Of a DNA stretch of 64,000 nucleotides, positions 1-8,462 are shown in pieces. Below the pieces are notes generated by a model, which saw only the letters and a program-made list of their open reading frames with translations, was not told where the DNA came from and ran no database searches. Made by a program: the position numbers and the translations under genes. The first letter of the stretch is position 1. Each line of letters begins with the position of its first letter. This stretch comes from a virus: positions 18,625 through 82,624 of the IMG/VR virus record IMGVR_UViG_3300032238_001058; one strand, written 5' to 3'.

Positions 1-70
1 TGTCAAACCAGAACATCTTAGAACTGGCATAGAACATGCTGCAAATATTGGATCCCAACTTGGATCCACC

Positions 71-328
71 ATGGTAGCAGGTAATTTACTTTATGGTGGA
101 CAACAAGCAACATCTCCAATGATGTTACAAGAGCAGCAAACAATGCAACGAGCTGCTATTAATAATCTTCAAGAACAACTGGTTTCCCCTGGTACTCAAT
201 TTCAAATGACAGGGTTGCCTTCACCAGAGCATTTTCAACAGTTGCTTAATCAAAAAAATAATTGGGCCCAGGATTTACCAATTGAGGACCAACTATTACT
301 TCAACAGGTACAGAGGCCAATCGGATGA
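71..328 (+). CDS. Hypothetical Gln-rich virion-region protein (start may lie upstream)
   Basis: ORF coupled by ATGA overlap to the next gene. Confidence 0.5.
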   Translation: MVAGNLLYGGQQATSPMMLQEQQTMQRAAINNLQEQLVSPGTQFQMTGLPSPEHFQQLLNQKNNWAQDLPIEDQLLLQQVQRPIG

Positions 329-1206
329 ATAAACTACAGCAAGGTTATCAAACAGCCGAAAGGCTGATGAAAGAACCAGACAGTTACAACCTGTCTATTG
401 GCTCACCAACTTTTAAAAAACGTTTAGCTTTAGAAAAAATTACATTTAGACAAGCACCTCAAGAATTTATTGGTGCTTATACAGCGCGTCTACTTGCTGA
501 TGTAACGAATGACGGTACTAGAACGCTTTGGTGGCGTTACAATCATCCTGAAGCAATTAAACAACAAACAGCACTAACGGCCCTTGGAACAGAAGTCGCA
601 AAAGAATTTGGCCCCATTAAAACAGGCCTTGCTCTTGCGGCAGCACTTGCGCCTTCTGCTGCGTTAACTGGTGCTTATGACATCACAAATATCGGGCAAC
701 AGTTTAGGCCTGAGGGTTTTGCTCAAAGGTACGCAGAAGAAGGTTCAGAAGACCGTAGAGAATCTACTCAACCAGGGCTTGAATTATTTGAGCGCATGTT
801 CTTGGGACGTTCTGGTGGCCCATTAAAATACGCAACTGCCAAAGCAGAAATTCCTAGCCTGACTCCAGAGCGTTATGGTAACTACATGAGAACGTATTAC
901 CAAGACCCTGGTTTACTTGGTGTACTTAAAGCCACACCCGAGAATTTGCAAGGTTACCCAGAAGCACGTCTGCTTGGCTTCCCAATTACTATCCCGTCAA
1001 CTACTGCAGCATTAGGTGGTATTGCAGGCATGGCAGCTGGCGCTCGCATTGGTGGGCCTAAGGGTCGCGCAAGGAGAACGGTAGCTACTGCACTTGCAGG
1101 ATCTCTCAGTGGGGCATTGACCGGAAATGTTATTAACGAAGTAATTGCTACTGCTAATCGTCCAAAATTACCGACGATCGGAGAATACACGCAAGACATG
1201 CAATGA
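325..1206 (+). CDS. Putative internal virion/ejection protein
   Basis: 293 aa with Gly/Ala hydrophobic helices; lies in the block upstream of the terminase. Confidence 0.5.
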   Translation: MNKLQQGYQTAERLMKEPDSYNLSIGSPTFKKRLALEKITFRQAPQEFIGAYTARLLADVTNDGTRTLWWRYNHPEAIKQQTALTALGTEVAKEFGPIKTGLALAAALAPSAALTGAYDITNIGQQFRPEGFAQRYAEEGSEDRRESTQPGLELFERMFLGRSGGPLKYATAKAEIPSLTPERYGNYMRTYYQDPGLLGVLKATPENLQGYPEARLLGFPITIPSTTAALGGIAGMAAGARIGGPKGRARRTVATALAGSLSGALTGNVINEVIATANRPKLPTIGEYTQDMQ

Positions 1207-1236
1207 TAGAATTTATAAAAAGGCAACGTTAGTGAA

Positions 1237-2178
1237 GTGAATTATTATTCTGGTTACGGAGTTACTCCAGGAAATGTTCAGCTCGGTGTTCAAGCCCCCG
1301 CAAGCCAATTAACGCCAGAGCAAATAGCTGAAATCAATCGAATTAGAGGCCTTGGTGGCCAACAAAATTTTACTAGCAACCTGAATATTGGCGGGCCAAC
1401 AGCTCCTGCGGCGCCAACTTTAGGACAACAAGCTAGTGAAACCTGGGAAAAAGCTAAACAAGGAACAAAAGATGTTTACCAAAAAAGTAAGCAAGGCGCA
1501 AAAAATTTCTTAGCTAATTATCCGCAAGCAGCGGGATATGGCCGTGCAGGCCTTGCTATTGCCGGGGCCCTTCCAGCAGCTGCTACTGCATTCTCAGAGA
1601 TTGAAGCTGGCCGTCCTGTAGGAGCACTTGGTGCTCTTGCTCCAGCTGGTTTATCTGCTGCGGGTGCTGCATTACTTGGCAAAGGTCCCATTGGCACTGC
1701 AGTCGGTGTCGGCCTCATGGGACTTGGCGCAATTCTCCCTGGCGCTGCTGCGTCAGGTGCTGAGTCTGTTCGTCAAAAAGTAACAGGCGATCCCACTAAA
1801 GGTAAAGAGGGTGAGTTCAGCACCCAAATGGCAATCAATAAGCAGCTTGCTGAACTTGGTGCAACGCAATACCGCAATAACATGGGTGTTTACACCAGTG
1901 CAATGCGTGACCTGAGTCGTGATGCTTCCAATCAAGCATATCTTGATTTACAACGGAATCTCCCATTACTCAACCAGGCAAAAAATGCCGACCTAACCCG
2001 TCAGCAAGCATTGCTTAACACTCAAAGCCAGGCTTACATGCAGCAAGGTGTTGTTGCAACTGCTGGTGCCCTGGCACAAGGTCAACAAGCTGGTAGTTTT
2101 AACCTGGCACAGAGTTATTTGCAGAACAATCCATATGCCAACTCTGTGATGCAGGCTCCTCAAATTCGTTTTGGTTGA
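1237..2178 (+). CDS. Putative internal virion/ejection protein
   Basis: 313 aa; Gly/Ala-rich hydrophobic core followed by a Gln-rich helical region. Confidence 0.5.
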   Translation: MNYYSGYGVTPGNVQLGVQAPASQLTPEQIAEINRIRGLGGQQNFTSNLNIGGPTAPAAPTLGQQASETWEKAKQGTKDVYQKSKQGAKNFLANYPQAAGYGRAGLAIAGALPAAATAFSEIEAGRPVGALGALAPAGLSAAGAALLGKGPIGTAVGVGLMGLGAILPGAAASGAESVRQKVTGDPTKGKEGEFSTQMAINKQLAELGATQYRNNMGVYTSAMRDLSRDASNQAYLDLQRNLPLLNQAKNADLTRQQALLNTQSQAYMQQGVVATAGALAQGQQAGSFNLAQSYLQNNPYANSVMQAPQIRFG

Positions 2179-2184
2179 TAGATT

Positions 2185-2619
2185 ATGGCATACACTTGGG
2201 GTGACACAAGCCAGCTGGGTGCAATTCAAGGGACTCAAACCATGCCAATTGCTGGTGGATTCATGGATCAATTAGGTTCTGTATTTAATAGCATCCCTTC
2301 CAATTTGCCGGAAGACTACAAAGGTTTAGCGGCATTTGGCGGCATGCAAAATCTTTTTGCACAGCAGAATAATGAGAGCAATCGTCAATTCATTCGTGAA
2401 ATGTTTGCTGCTCAAAAAGAAGCTGCAAAAGAAGCAAATGAAATGGGTATTCGCAACCAAGTGATTGGTTCATTCCTTAAAGATGTACCTGCAGCACTTG
2501 GTCGTGCAGCTGGCGCACGCAACGATTATTTACCACAACAAGTTGAAATTGCAGGCCGTTCCATGCAAATGGGGGGCCCTGGATTTACTCCCAGAAACTA
2601 CTATGGTTTTGTCGGGTAA
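2185..2619 (+). CDS. Hypothetical virion protein
   Basis: 144-aa ORF, tightly packed in operon. Confidence 0.6.
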   Translation: MAYTWGDTSQLGAIQGTQTMPIAGGFMDQLGSVFNSIPSNLPEDYKGLAAFGGMQNLFAQQNNESNRQFIREMFAAQKEAAKEANEMGIRNQVIGSFLKDVPAALGRAAGARNDYLPQQVEIAGRSMQMGGPGFTPRNYYGFVG

Positions 2620-2644
2620 AATAAAAGAAATATAGGTAATAAAT

Positions 2645-3040
2645 ATGATTCCTTTCTCATCAGCAATGTCGATGCCTCTACTTGCTGGAGGAGGAGGTGG
2701 AGCAGCAGGTGGAATGGCAGCCTTTGGTCCCTTAGGATTGGCTGCTGCTGGCCTTCAAGCAGGTGCATCAGTCTTTGGTGCCACACAAGCCAGAGCGGGT
2801 GCTCAAGACGCCATCAGAGCAGCAGAAGAAGGTAAAGCTCGTGATTGGGGCATGAATATGTTCATGCTAGATCGTGATAAAGCAAAACAAATGGAAGCCC
2901 TTCGTGAAGGGTTGGGTGTTATGCAAAGTCCTTTATTCCAACAGAATAAAGCTCAAGAATATGGAAGAGCTTTTAGTATGGCCGGTAAATACTTTAATCC
3001 ATATACTGCGGGCACTGCAATCAGGATGTTTGGCAGTTGA
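2645..3040 (+). CDS. Putative internal virion protein
   Basis: Gly/Ala hydrophobic N-terminus plus helical region, typical of ejection proteins. Confidence 0.55.
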   Translation: MIPFSSAMSMPLLAGGGGGAAGGMAAFGPLGLAAAGLQAGASVFGATQARAGAQDAIRAAEEGKARDWGMNMFMLDRDKAKQMEALREGLGVMQSPLFQQNKAQEYGRAFSMAGKYFNPYTAGTAIRMFGS

Positions 3041-3074
3041 TGCTTCTGTTGTAAAATTGATATAACGCAAGGTT

Positions 3075-3650
3075 TTGAGTATGGGTATTTCATTAGCGGG
3101 GGTAGCGCCAAGTCAAGGTGTTGATACTGGTTTAAGTATCTTTGAACAATATCCTGCTGCCTCATCTAGGTTAAAAAAAGGTGAGATCAAGAGTATTAAA
3201 AGGTATGCTCGTACCCTTAGTGAAACCAGCCCCAGTGATGCAGCTTCTTATTTAGCTCAAACTAGAGGTTATACCAACTGGCGTCCAGAATCGTTTATTG
3301 CTAAACTCGGCTCTCAACCTGTTGATTACAATAAATACAGGGACCTTGGCGCGTCAGCTTTCCAAGATTTCTTGGGACGCCAAATGTCTGATGCGGAGTG
3401 GAATCAAACTTCTAGCCTGGCAAAAACAAAAGGCATCAAAGATCCTGCTGCATTTGATGCCTTTTTAAGTCAACGAATTGCATCGACTCCAGAAGGTCAA
3501 GCCAAGATGAAAACAGAAGCTGATATTGCGTGGGAATCACAGTATGGCACCATGCCACGTGATGCGCAGGGTAACTTGATTCGTGGTCAAGTACATTTTA
3601 ATCCTGCTGCTGTTCGTAGCATGGCCAACACCATGCTTGGCATAGCTTAA
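3075..3650 (+). CDS. Hypothetical protein
   Basis: 191-aa ORF preceded by a TAAAAT box. Confidence 0.6.
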   Translation: MSMGISLAGVAPSQGVDTGLSIFEQYPAASSRLKKGEIKSIKRYARTLSETSPSDAASYLAQTRGYTNWRPESFIAKLGSQPVDYNKYRDLGASAFQDFLGRQMSDAEWNQTSSLAKTKGIKDPAAFDAFLSQRIASTPEGQAKMKTEADIAWESQYGTMPRDAQGNLIRGQVHFNPAAVRSMANTMLGIA

Positions 3651-3674
3651 AATAAAACAAAGTAGATAAATAAA

Positions 3675-4298
3675 ATGGCAACTGCAAAGCAGCTAATTCA
3701 AAACGCAGGCAAGAATCTTAGCGCAAGCGAAGTAAAAAGTATTGCTGAAAAAACAGGCCTTACGCCTGCAAGTATTGTTGCAAGGGCGGAACAGGCTAAT
3801 GTAAATGTTCGGCCATCTGCCCAAACTTTTGTACAACAAGCTGTTCAAGCGCAGACTGCTGCAGCAGAAACAAGAGCTACAGCCGCAGCTAATCCTGGTA
3901 CAACACCAACATTTAGTTACAGCCCGCAGGGCAATATTGCTTCTGTAACTTACACTCCTATTACACCTCCTAGCGGAGGTGGTGGAGGCGGCGGAGGCGG
4001 AGGTGGTGGGGGTACTTCCGATGCTCCAGCAACGCCTGTTACACCAACAACCCCTGCTGCTCCAGCTGCTTCTACATCAAGCCTTACTGACGTTAATTCA
4101 GCAAATGAACTAACTCGCAGTTTAATTGAAGAGCGAATTAAAAGATTTGAAATAGAAAACAAAATTCCTCAGATTCAAGCAGAGTCTCAAGGTAAAATTG
4201 ACCTACAAAAAATCATTAATTCCGGATATAAGCAGATTTCTCAAATTGAACGTGTGCCTAAGATGATGTCCAATATTACTACTATGTTTAATTTTTAA
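3675..4298 (+). CDS. Hypothetical virion protein with poly-Gly/Pro-Thr linker
   Basis: 207 aa; poly-Gly run encoded by mixed GGN codons. Confidence 0.65.
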   Translation: MATAKQLIQNAGKNLSASEVKSIAEKTGLTPASIVARAEQANVNVRPSAQTFVQQAVQAQTAAAETRATAAANPGTTPTFSYSPQGNIASVTYTPITPPSGGGGGGGGGGGGGTSDAPATPVTPTTPAAPAASTSSLTDVNSANELTRSLIEERIKRFEIENKIPQIQAESQGKIDLQKIINSGYKQISQIERVPKMMSNITTMFNF

Positions 4299-4339
4299 GC
4301 TGAACGTACTAAAATTAAGCAGTAGAGTTTTATTAACAA

Positions 4340-4618
4340 ATGTCTTACAGTATTCCGGGTTCTGCCTACAACCGTTCTGGTGCAACCAAGGCACAGCTTG
4401 TGGCTGCTGGCATGAGCGAAACTGAAGCCCAGCAACTGTTGGATCAGCAGCAGGAACGTGAGTATGGCGGTGGCATGTCCAAGGCTGAACTTCAAGATTT
4501 TGATACCCTGATCAATCGTCTTGAAGGTTCTAAAATGCGTCAGGCTGCACAAACCAACCGTGCACGTCAACGTGATACCATGGCTGCAGGTCTCGCTGGT
4601 ATGATGGGTAACTTCTGA
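4340..4618 (+). CDS. Hypothetical virion protein
   Basis: 92 aa; codon usage like highly expressed genes; upstream TAAAAT box. Confidence 0.65.
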   Translation: MSYSIPGSAYNRSGATKAQLVAAGMSETEAQQLLDQQQEREYGGGMSKAELQDFDTLINRLEGSKMRQAAQTNRARQRDTMAAGLAGMMGNF

Positions 4619-4639
4619 TCTGCTTAATGTTTCCCGGTA

Positions 4640-4813
4640 ATGTCTGAAACAGATTCCGACACTAACGAAAGTTTTGATCTTGCACGTTACCGGCAAGCTG
4701 CTGATGTAGCATATCGCTATGCAAAAGATAAAGTAGAAAAAGAAGACTCACCTGCCGCATCAAAAAAAGAAGATGCCTTTGGTAAAGAAGGCAAACAAGG
4801 TATGACATCATGA
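4640..4813 (+). CDS. Small hypothetical protein (57 aa, not in ORF track)
   Basis: MSETDSDTNESFDLARYRQAADVAYRYAK...; ATGA-coupled to 4810. Confidence 0.6.
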   Translation: MSETDSDTNESFDLARYRQAADVAYRYAKDKVEKEDSPAASKKEDAFGKEGKQGMTS

Positions 4814-5100
4814 CCGACTCCGCCTCCGCATTTGATTGGGAGAATCCAAAGAACCCAGATCCGTATGATTTGTTGTTTGACGAGGACCAGGCCCGTAAAG
4901 CCGCGTCTGCAGTCAAGATCTTTCAGGATGTTTCCGTTGGATCTTCTAAAGAAAAAATGAAAGAGGCAGGTGAGCAAGAACGTGCATCCATCGGAAAAAC
5001 AAGTGAAGAGCAAAGAACTTCTGCAGAGCAAGCCCAGCGTTTCGCTCAAAGCGACGAAGACCGAGATTACGCCCAAGCCCAAAGAGCATATCGATATTGA
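4810..5100 (+). CDS. Hypothetical protein
   Basis: 96 aa; translationally coupled to the previous ORF. Confidence 0.6.
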   Translation: MTDSASAFDWENPKNPDPYDLLFDEDQARKAASAVKIFQDVSVGSSKEKMKEAGEQERASIGKTSEEQRTSAEQAQRFAQSDEDRDYAQAQRAYRY

Positions 5101-5587
5101 TATCTTTGAGCAATGGGTTGATAATTTAGATTCACCAACTGAACAAGCTTTCAGAGCGTTCTGTGCAGAAAACTACTCCGTTGTTGAGTGTTATTTATAT
5201 GCACGATTTTTACGGTATAACGGCACCATAATTGGCTGTGACCTTTGGGTCCAACAGAACTATCCTAAGCCTGATCACAGGAAAGTTCTGTTGCGTGAAA
5301 TTGATGAGATGCAAGAAGATATTAGAAAACTACGGAATGATATTGATGACGGCATTGTTAAACGTGATGCTGGTGTCGCAAGGATTGCAGGAATGCAAAA
5401 AGAACTACGTGGCACCATTGTACAAATGAGTCTGTTTACTGCCAACAGGGACCGTAAGGGTTTGTTGATGGCAGGTGCAGATCGTGCCATACGTGAACTG
5501 CTTACTATTTTTAAAGATGATCCCATTGAGATTCCTCTTGAAGAAGCTTCAATGAGTGTGTGGTCCCATATGCAGATGGAAGAGTAA
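4970..5587 (+). CDS. Conserved-looking helical protein, candidate terminase small subunit
   Basis: 205 aa, globular plus coiled-coil; shortly upstream of TerL; GTG start inside previous ORF; function inferred from position only. Confidence 0.4.
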   Translation: MSKNVHPSEKQVKSKELLQSKPSVSLKATKTEITPKPKEHIDIDIFEQWVDNLDSPTEQAFRAFCAENYSVVECYLYARFLRYNGTIIGCDLWVQQNYPKPDHRKVLLREIDEMQEDIRKLRNDIDDGIVKRDAGVARIAGMQKELRGTIVQMSLFTANRDRKGLLMAGADRAIRELLTIFKDDPIEIPLEEASMSVWSHMQMEE

Positions 5588-5605
5588 CCATCTTAGAATA
5601 ACGCA

Positions 5606-5878
5606 ATGCAGAAACCACCACCGCAACCACCGCAATACGGTGAAAATATAGCTGGTCGATTATTTGATGTTGCTCGTCAACTTCAAAAAAATCGCGAATC
5701 TTATGCTGGTGTACGGCGACCAACACCCCTGGCACAAAAAGTTTCTCAAGGCCAAGAGGTGATGAATGCATTAACCGAAAAAAAACAAAATGAACAAAGA
5801 AAAGGGACCGCTCCAGCTCTTGGGGCACCTGAAGAAAAAGGAAGCGAAGAACAAAGACGGGACCGAAATGTCCGATAA
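5606..5878 (+). CDS. Hypothetical protein
   Basis: 90 aa after a TAGAAT box. Confidence 0.5.
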   Translation: MQKPPPQPPQYGENIAGRLFDVARQLQKNRESYAGVRRPTPLAQKVSQGQEVMNALTEKKQNEQRKGTAPALGAPEEKGSEEQRRDRNVR

Positions 5879-5954
5879 GGAAAAACGAAAAGCAGCCTTA
5901 GATAAATCTCGTAAATACAAAGCACAGAATAAAAACAACAACGTTAAAGAATGA
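5790..5954 (+). CDS. Small Lys-rich protein (54 aa, not in ORF track)
   Basis: MNKEKGPLQLLGHLKKKEAKNKDGTEMSDKEKRKAALDKSRKYK...; fills the gap before TerL. Confidence 0.5.
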   Translation: MNKEKGPLQLLGHLKKKEAKNKDGTEMSDKEKRKAALDKSRKYKAQNKNNNVKE

Positions 5955-5989
5955 AGTAGTATTCAGTAATACACTGAGTAATACTGATC

Positions 5990-7516
5990 GTGCCTGCATA
6001 CCAGCATCTTGCATATCGACGTAACGCACAAGCTGCTGCCCGCAAGCAACAAATTCGTGTCCCACGGAATCTTGAAACTCTTCAGAGAGCAAGGGATGAT
6101 TTTGGTTTTTTCTGTGATTACGTAGCTGATAAACCACCGGCAGAACATCACAAAGAATGGCATCGTCACTTTGTTACCAACGAAGACAGTAGCTGCCTTC
6201 TTAAGATTGCTGGTCCCAACGTAGATCTACTTGCCCCCCGTGGCTCGGCTAAATCCACAGTATTGGGTTTGTTTACTGCATGGGCAATTGGTGTGCATAC
6301 CATGGCCAAGATGCCACTACAGATTCTTTACTTGTCATACACGGTTGACATTGCGCGTTCAAAATCTGCAACCATTAAACGCATCATTGAAAGCAAGCGA
6401 TACCAAGAAGTTTTTCCAAAAGTCCGTCTTCTTAAGAACGTAACCAGTAACGAGTATTGGTCAATCGATCACAAGTTTGCTTCTATTGACACTACAGGTG
6501 AAGAACAATTTACGCTTTGTGCCGCAGGCCTTAAAGGTTCAGTTACCTCCAAGCGTTCACACCTTGTAATCATCGATGACGCTATCAAGTCTGCTGCTGA
6601 CATTTCAAACCCTGACATCCGTAAACAGATGCAGGACAACTGGAATGCTGTGATTGCACCAACCATGTTTGAAGGTGCACGCGCCATCTGCCTTGGTACC
6701 CGCTTCAGACATGATGACATTCATTCCACTACATTTAATCCACAAAACAATTGGATGCAGATTGTGTTGTCGGCAATTTTAACTGATCCAAAAACAGGGG
6801 ATGAACTGTCGTATTGGCCTGATATGTGGTCATTGGACTACCTAAAAGAAAAGAAACGACAAGCACCAATTGCTTTTTCTTTCCAATACATGAACCAGGT
6901 AGTTCGACAAAACGAACTTTCCTTGGCACCAGAACTGATTGTTAAAGCGGAGATTGCAACGGAGTTTGATTGTCTTGCTGTAGGGGTTGATCTATCTGCT
7001 GGCACCAAAGAGAAAAATGATTACACAGTGATGGTATTGGGTGGACGGATTGGCGATTGTATTCACATCATTGATTACAGGCGCATCCGCGTGATGGGTA
7101 ACCTAGAAAAACTAGATGCACTTAAAGAACTTCTTAGTGATTGGTCAGTTCTTGGCTGCGACCAAAACGGTGTTTATTTCCCTACTTATTCAACATGTGA
7201 TATTTACTCAGAAGCTGTGCAGTACCAAGCATCACTGGAGGCCGATTTTAAACGGGTCTGTTTGAATGGTGAAAATCTTTACAACCTTAATTGGCATGCC
7301 GTTAAAGGTTTCCGTGCAGATAAATTGGCGCGTTTTCGTGGTTGCATGGGTTTATTTGAAGACCGCAAAATTATCTTTAATCGATTCAGAAACTTCACTG
7401 CAATGTTTGAAGAGATGACTAACTTTGGTGTTAGTAGTCACGACGACTGTGTGGATGCATTGGTCTGGTTGATTAACGGTTTAATGCGCAAAGGCAAACT
7501 TCAACTCGATTACTGA
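5990..7516 (+). CDS. terL: Terminase large subunit
   Basis: Walker A APRGSAKST, Walker B VIIDD, GTRF motif, RNase H-like nuclease motifs GVDLS/DYT/HDDCVDA. Confidence 0.95.
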   Translation: MPAYQHLAYRRNAQAAARKQQIRVPRNLETLQRARDDFGFFCDYVADKPPAEHHKEWHRHFVTNEDSSCLLKIAGPNVDLLAPRGSAKSTVLGLFTAWAIGVHTMAKMPLQILYLSYTVDIARSKSATIKRIIESKRYQEVFPKVRLLKNVTSNEYWSIDHKFASIDTTGEEQFTLCAAGLKGSVTSKRSHLVIIDDAIKSAADISNPDIRKQMQDNWNAVIAPTMFEGARAICLGTRFRHDDIHSTTFNPQNNWMQIVLSAILTDPKTGDELSYWPDMWSLDYLKEKKRQAPIAFSFQYMNQVVRQNELSLAPELIVKAEIATEFDCLAVGVDLSAGTKEKNDYTVMVLGGRIGDCIHIIDYRRIRVMGNLEKLDALKELLSDWSVLGCDQNGVYFPTYSTCDIYSEAVQYQASLEADFKRVCLNGENLYNLNWHAVKGFRADKLARFRGCMGLFEDRKIIFNRFRNFTAMFEEMTNFGVSSHDDCVDALVWLINGLMRKGKLQLDY

Positions 7517-7553
7517 TCTTAAAATAAATAAAGAAAAATCAAGCTTTATACCA

Positions 7554-7847
7554 GTGGGTCCAGAATATTTAGCCCTCGGCTTAACAGCTATTGTTTCCGC
7601 GTTGACCGGGGGCGGCTGGGCGGCCAATCGAATACTAGACCGACAACATGAGCGTTTAAAAAACGCTCAAGAATATATCAGCTCACAAAAAAGAAGGATT
7701 GACCTCCTGGAAGATCAGATCAATCGCATGCCTTTGGAGTATGTGTTGAAGGTGGACTTCTTAAGAGAAATTAAAGAAATGCATGATAATTTTAAGCAGA
7801 TCAACGACAAGCTTGATAAGCTGGTGGAAAAGCTTTTGTCAAAATGA
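7554..7847 (+). CDS. Membrane-anchored coiled-coil protein
   Basis: N-terminal TM helix followed by coiled coil. Confidence 0.65.
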   Translation: MGPEYLALGLTAIVSALTGGGWAANRILDRQHERLKNAQEYISSQKRRIDLLEDQINRMPLEYVLKVDFLREIKEMHDNFKQINDKLDKLVEKLLSK

Positions 7848-8026
7848 GTTACATTCTTGAAGTTCAGGAAGACGAAAATGGTGATCCATACATTGTGCTC
7901 CCTGACGAAATAATTGAAGAGCTAGGCTGGCAGGATGGCGATGTTCTTAACTGGGATGTACGTGGCACTGGTATTTGCTTGACTAAAGTTAATGACTCTG
8001 CTGGCTACGAAGTAATAGAAGAGTAA
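7844..8026 (+). CDS. AbrB/MazE/SpoVT-like swapped-hairpin DNA-binding protein
   Basis: Pattern GDPYIVLPDEIIEELGWQDGDVL. Confidence 0.75.
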   Translation: MSYILEVQEDENGDPYIVLPDEIIEELGWQDGDVLNWDVRGTGICLTKVNDSAGYEVIEE

Positions 8027-8050
8027 AATAGAAACAACAGCGAAAGGCAA

Positions 8051-8431
8051 ATGCGATTTTACGGTGGTGGTCCAGTAGGCGTGGGAAACGCAGGTGTTTT
8101 TAACAATGCAACAATGGCAGGTAATCCCTTTGGGGAACAATTTGTAATTCCTAATAAACGTCCTGTGGGTCAACCCATTCTTCCGGGAGAACAACGTGAG
8201 GCTGTAGAAGGAGTTTATGGTACACCCGGACCAAAACCCATGCAAGGTACACCTCCCTTGGGACTACCAATGGCATCTATTGGAAACATGGGCGGAATGA
8301 TTGCGCAAGCTCAACCTCCTGCTCAAGAAGATCTAAGTAAGTTTCAACAGTTATTAGATCAAATGACTGAAACAACAGGAACTCAGATGAGAGGCCAACA
8401 GATGTGGCCGTATCCCCCCAGTTCTTACTAA
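8051..8431 (+). CDS. Hypothetical Pro/Gly/Gln-rich protein
   Basis: 126-aa ORF with upstream TAAAAT box. Confidence 0.55.
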   Translation: MRFYGGGPVGVGNAGVFNNATMAGNPFGEQFVIPNKRPVGQPILPGEQREAVEGVYGTPGPKPMQGTPPLGLPMASIGNMGGMIAQAQPPAQEDLSKFQQLLDQMTETTGTQMRGQQMWPYPPSSY

Positions 8432-8462
8432 GCTGTTACTATTAAAAGGAAAGGCATAGTTA

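Noticed and set aside
3974-4013. GGN repeat tract
   Set aside because: Encodes a poly-Gly linker with mixed codons; not a contingency repeat or array.
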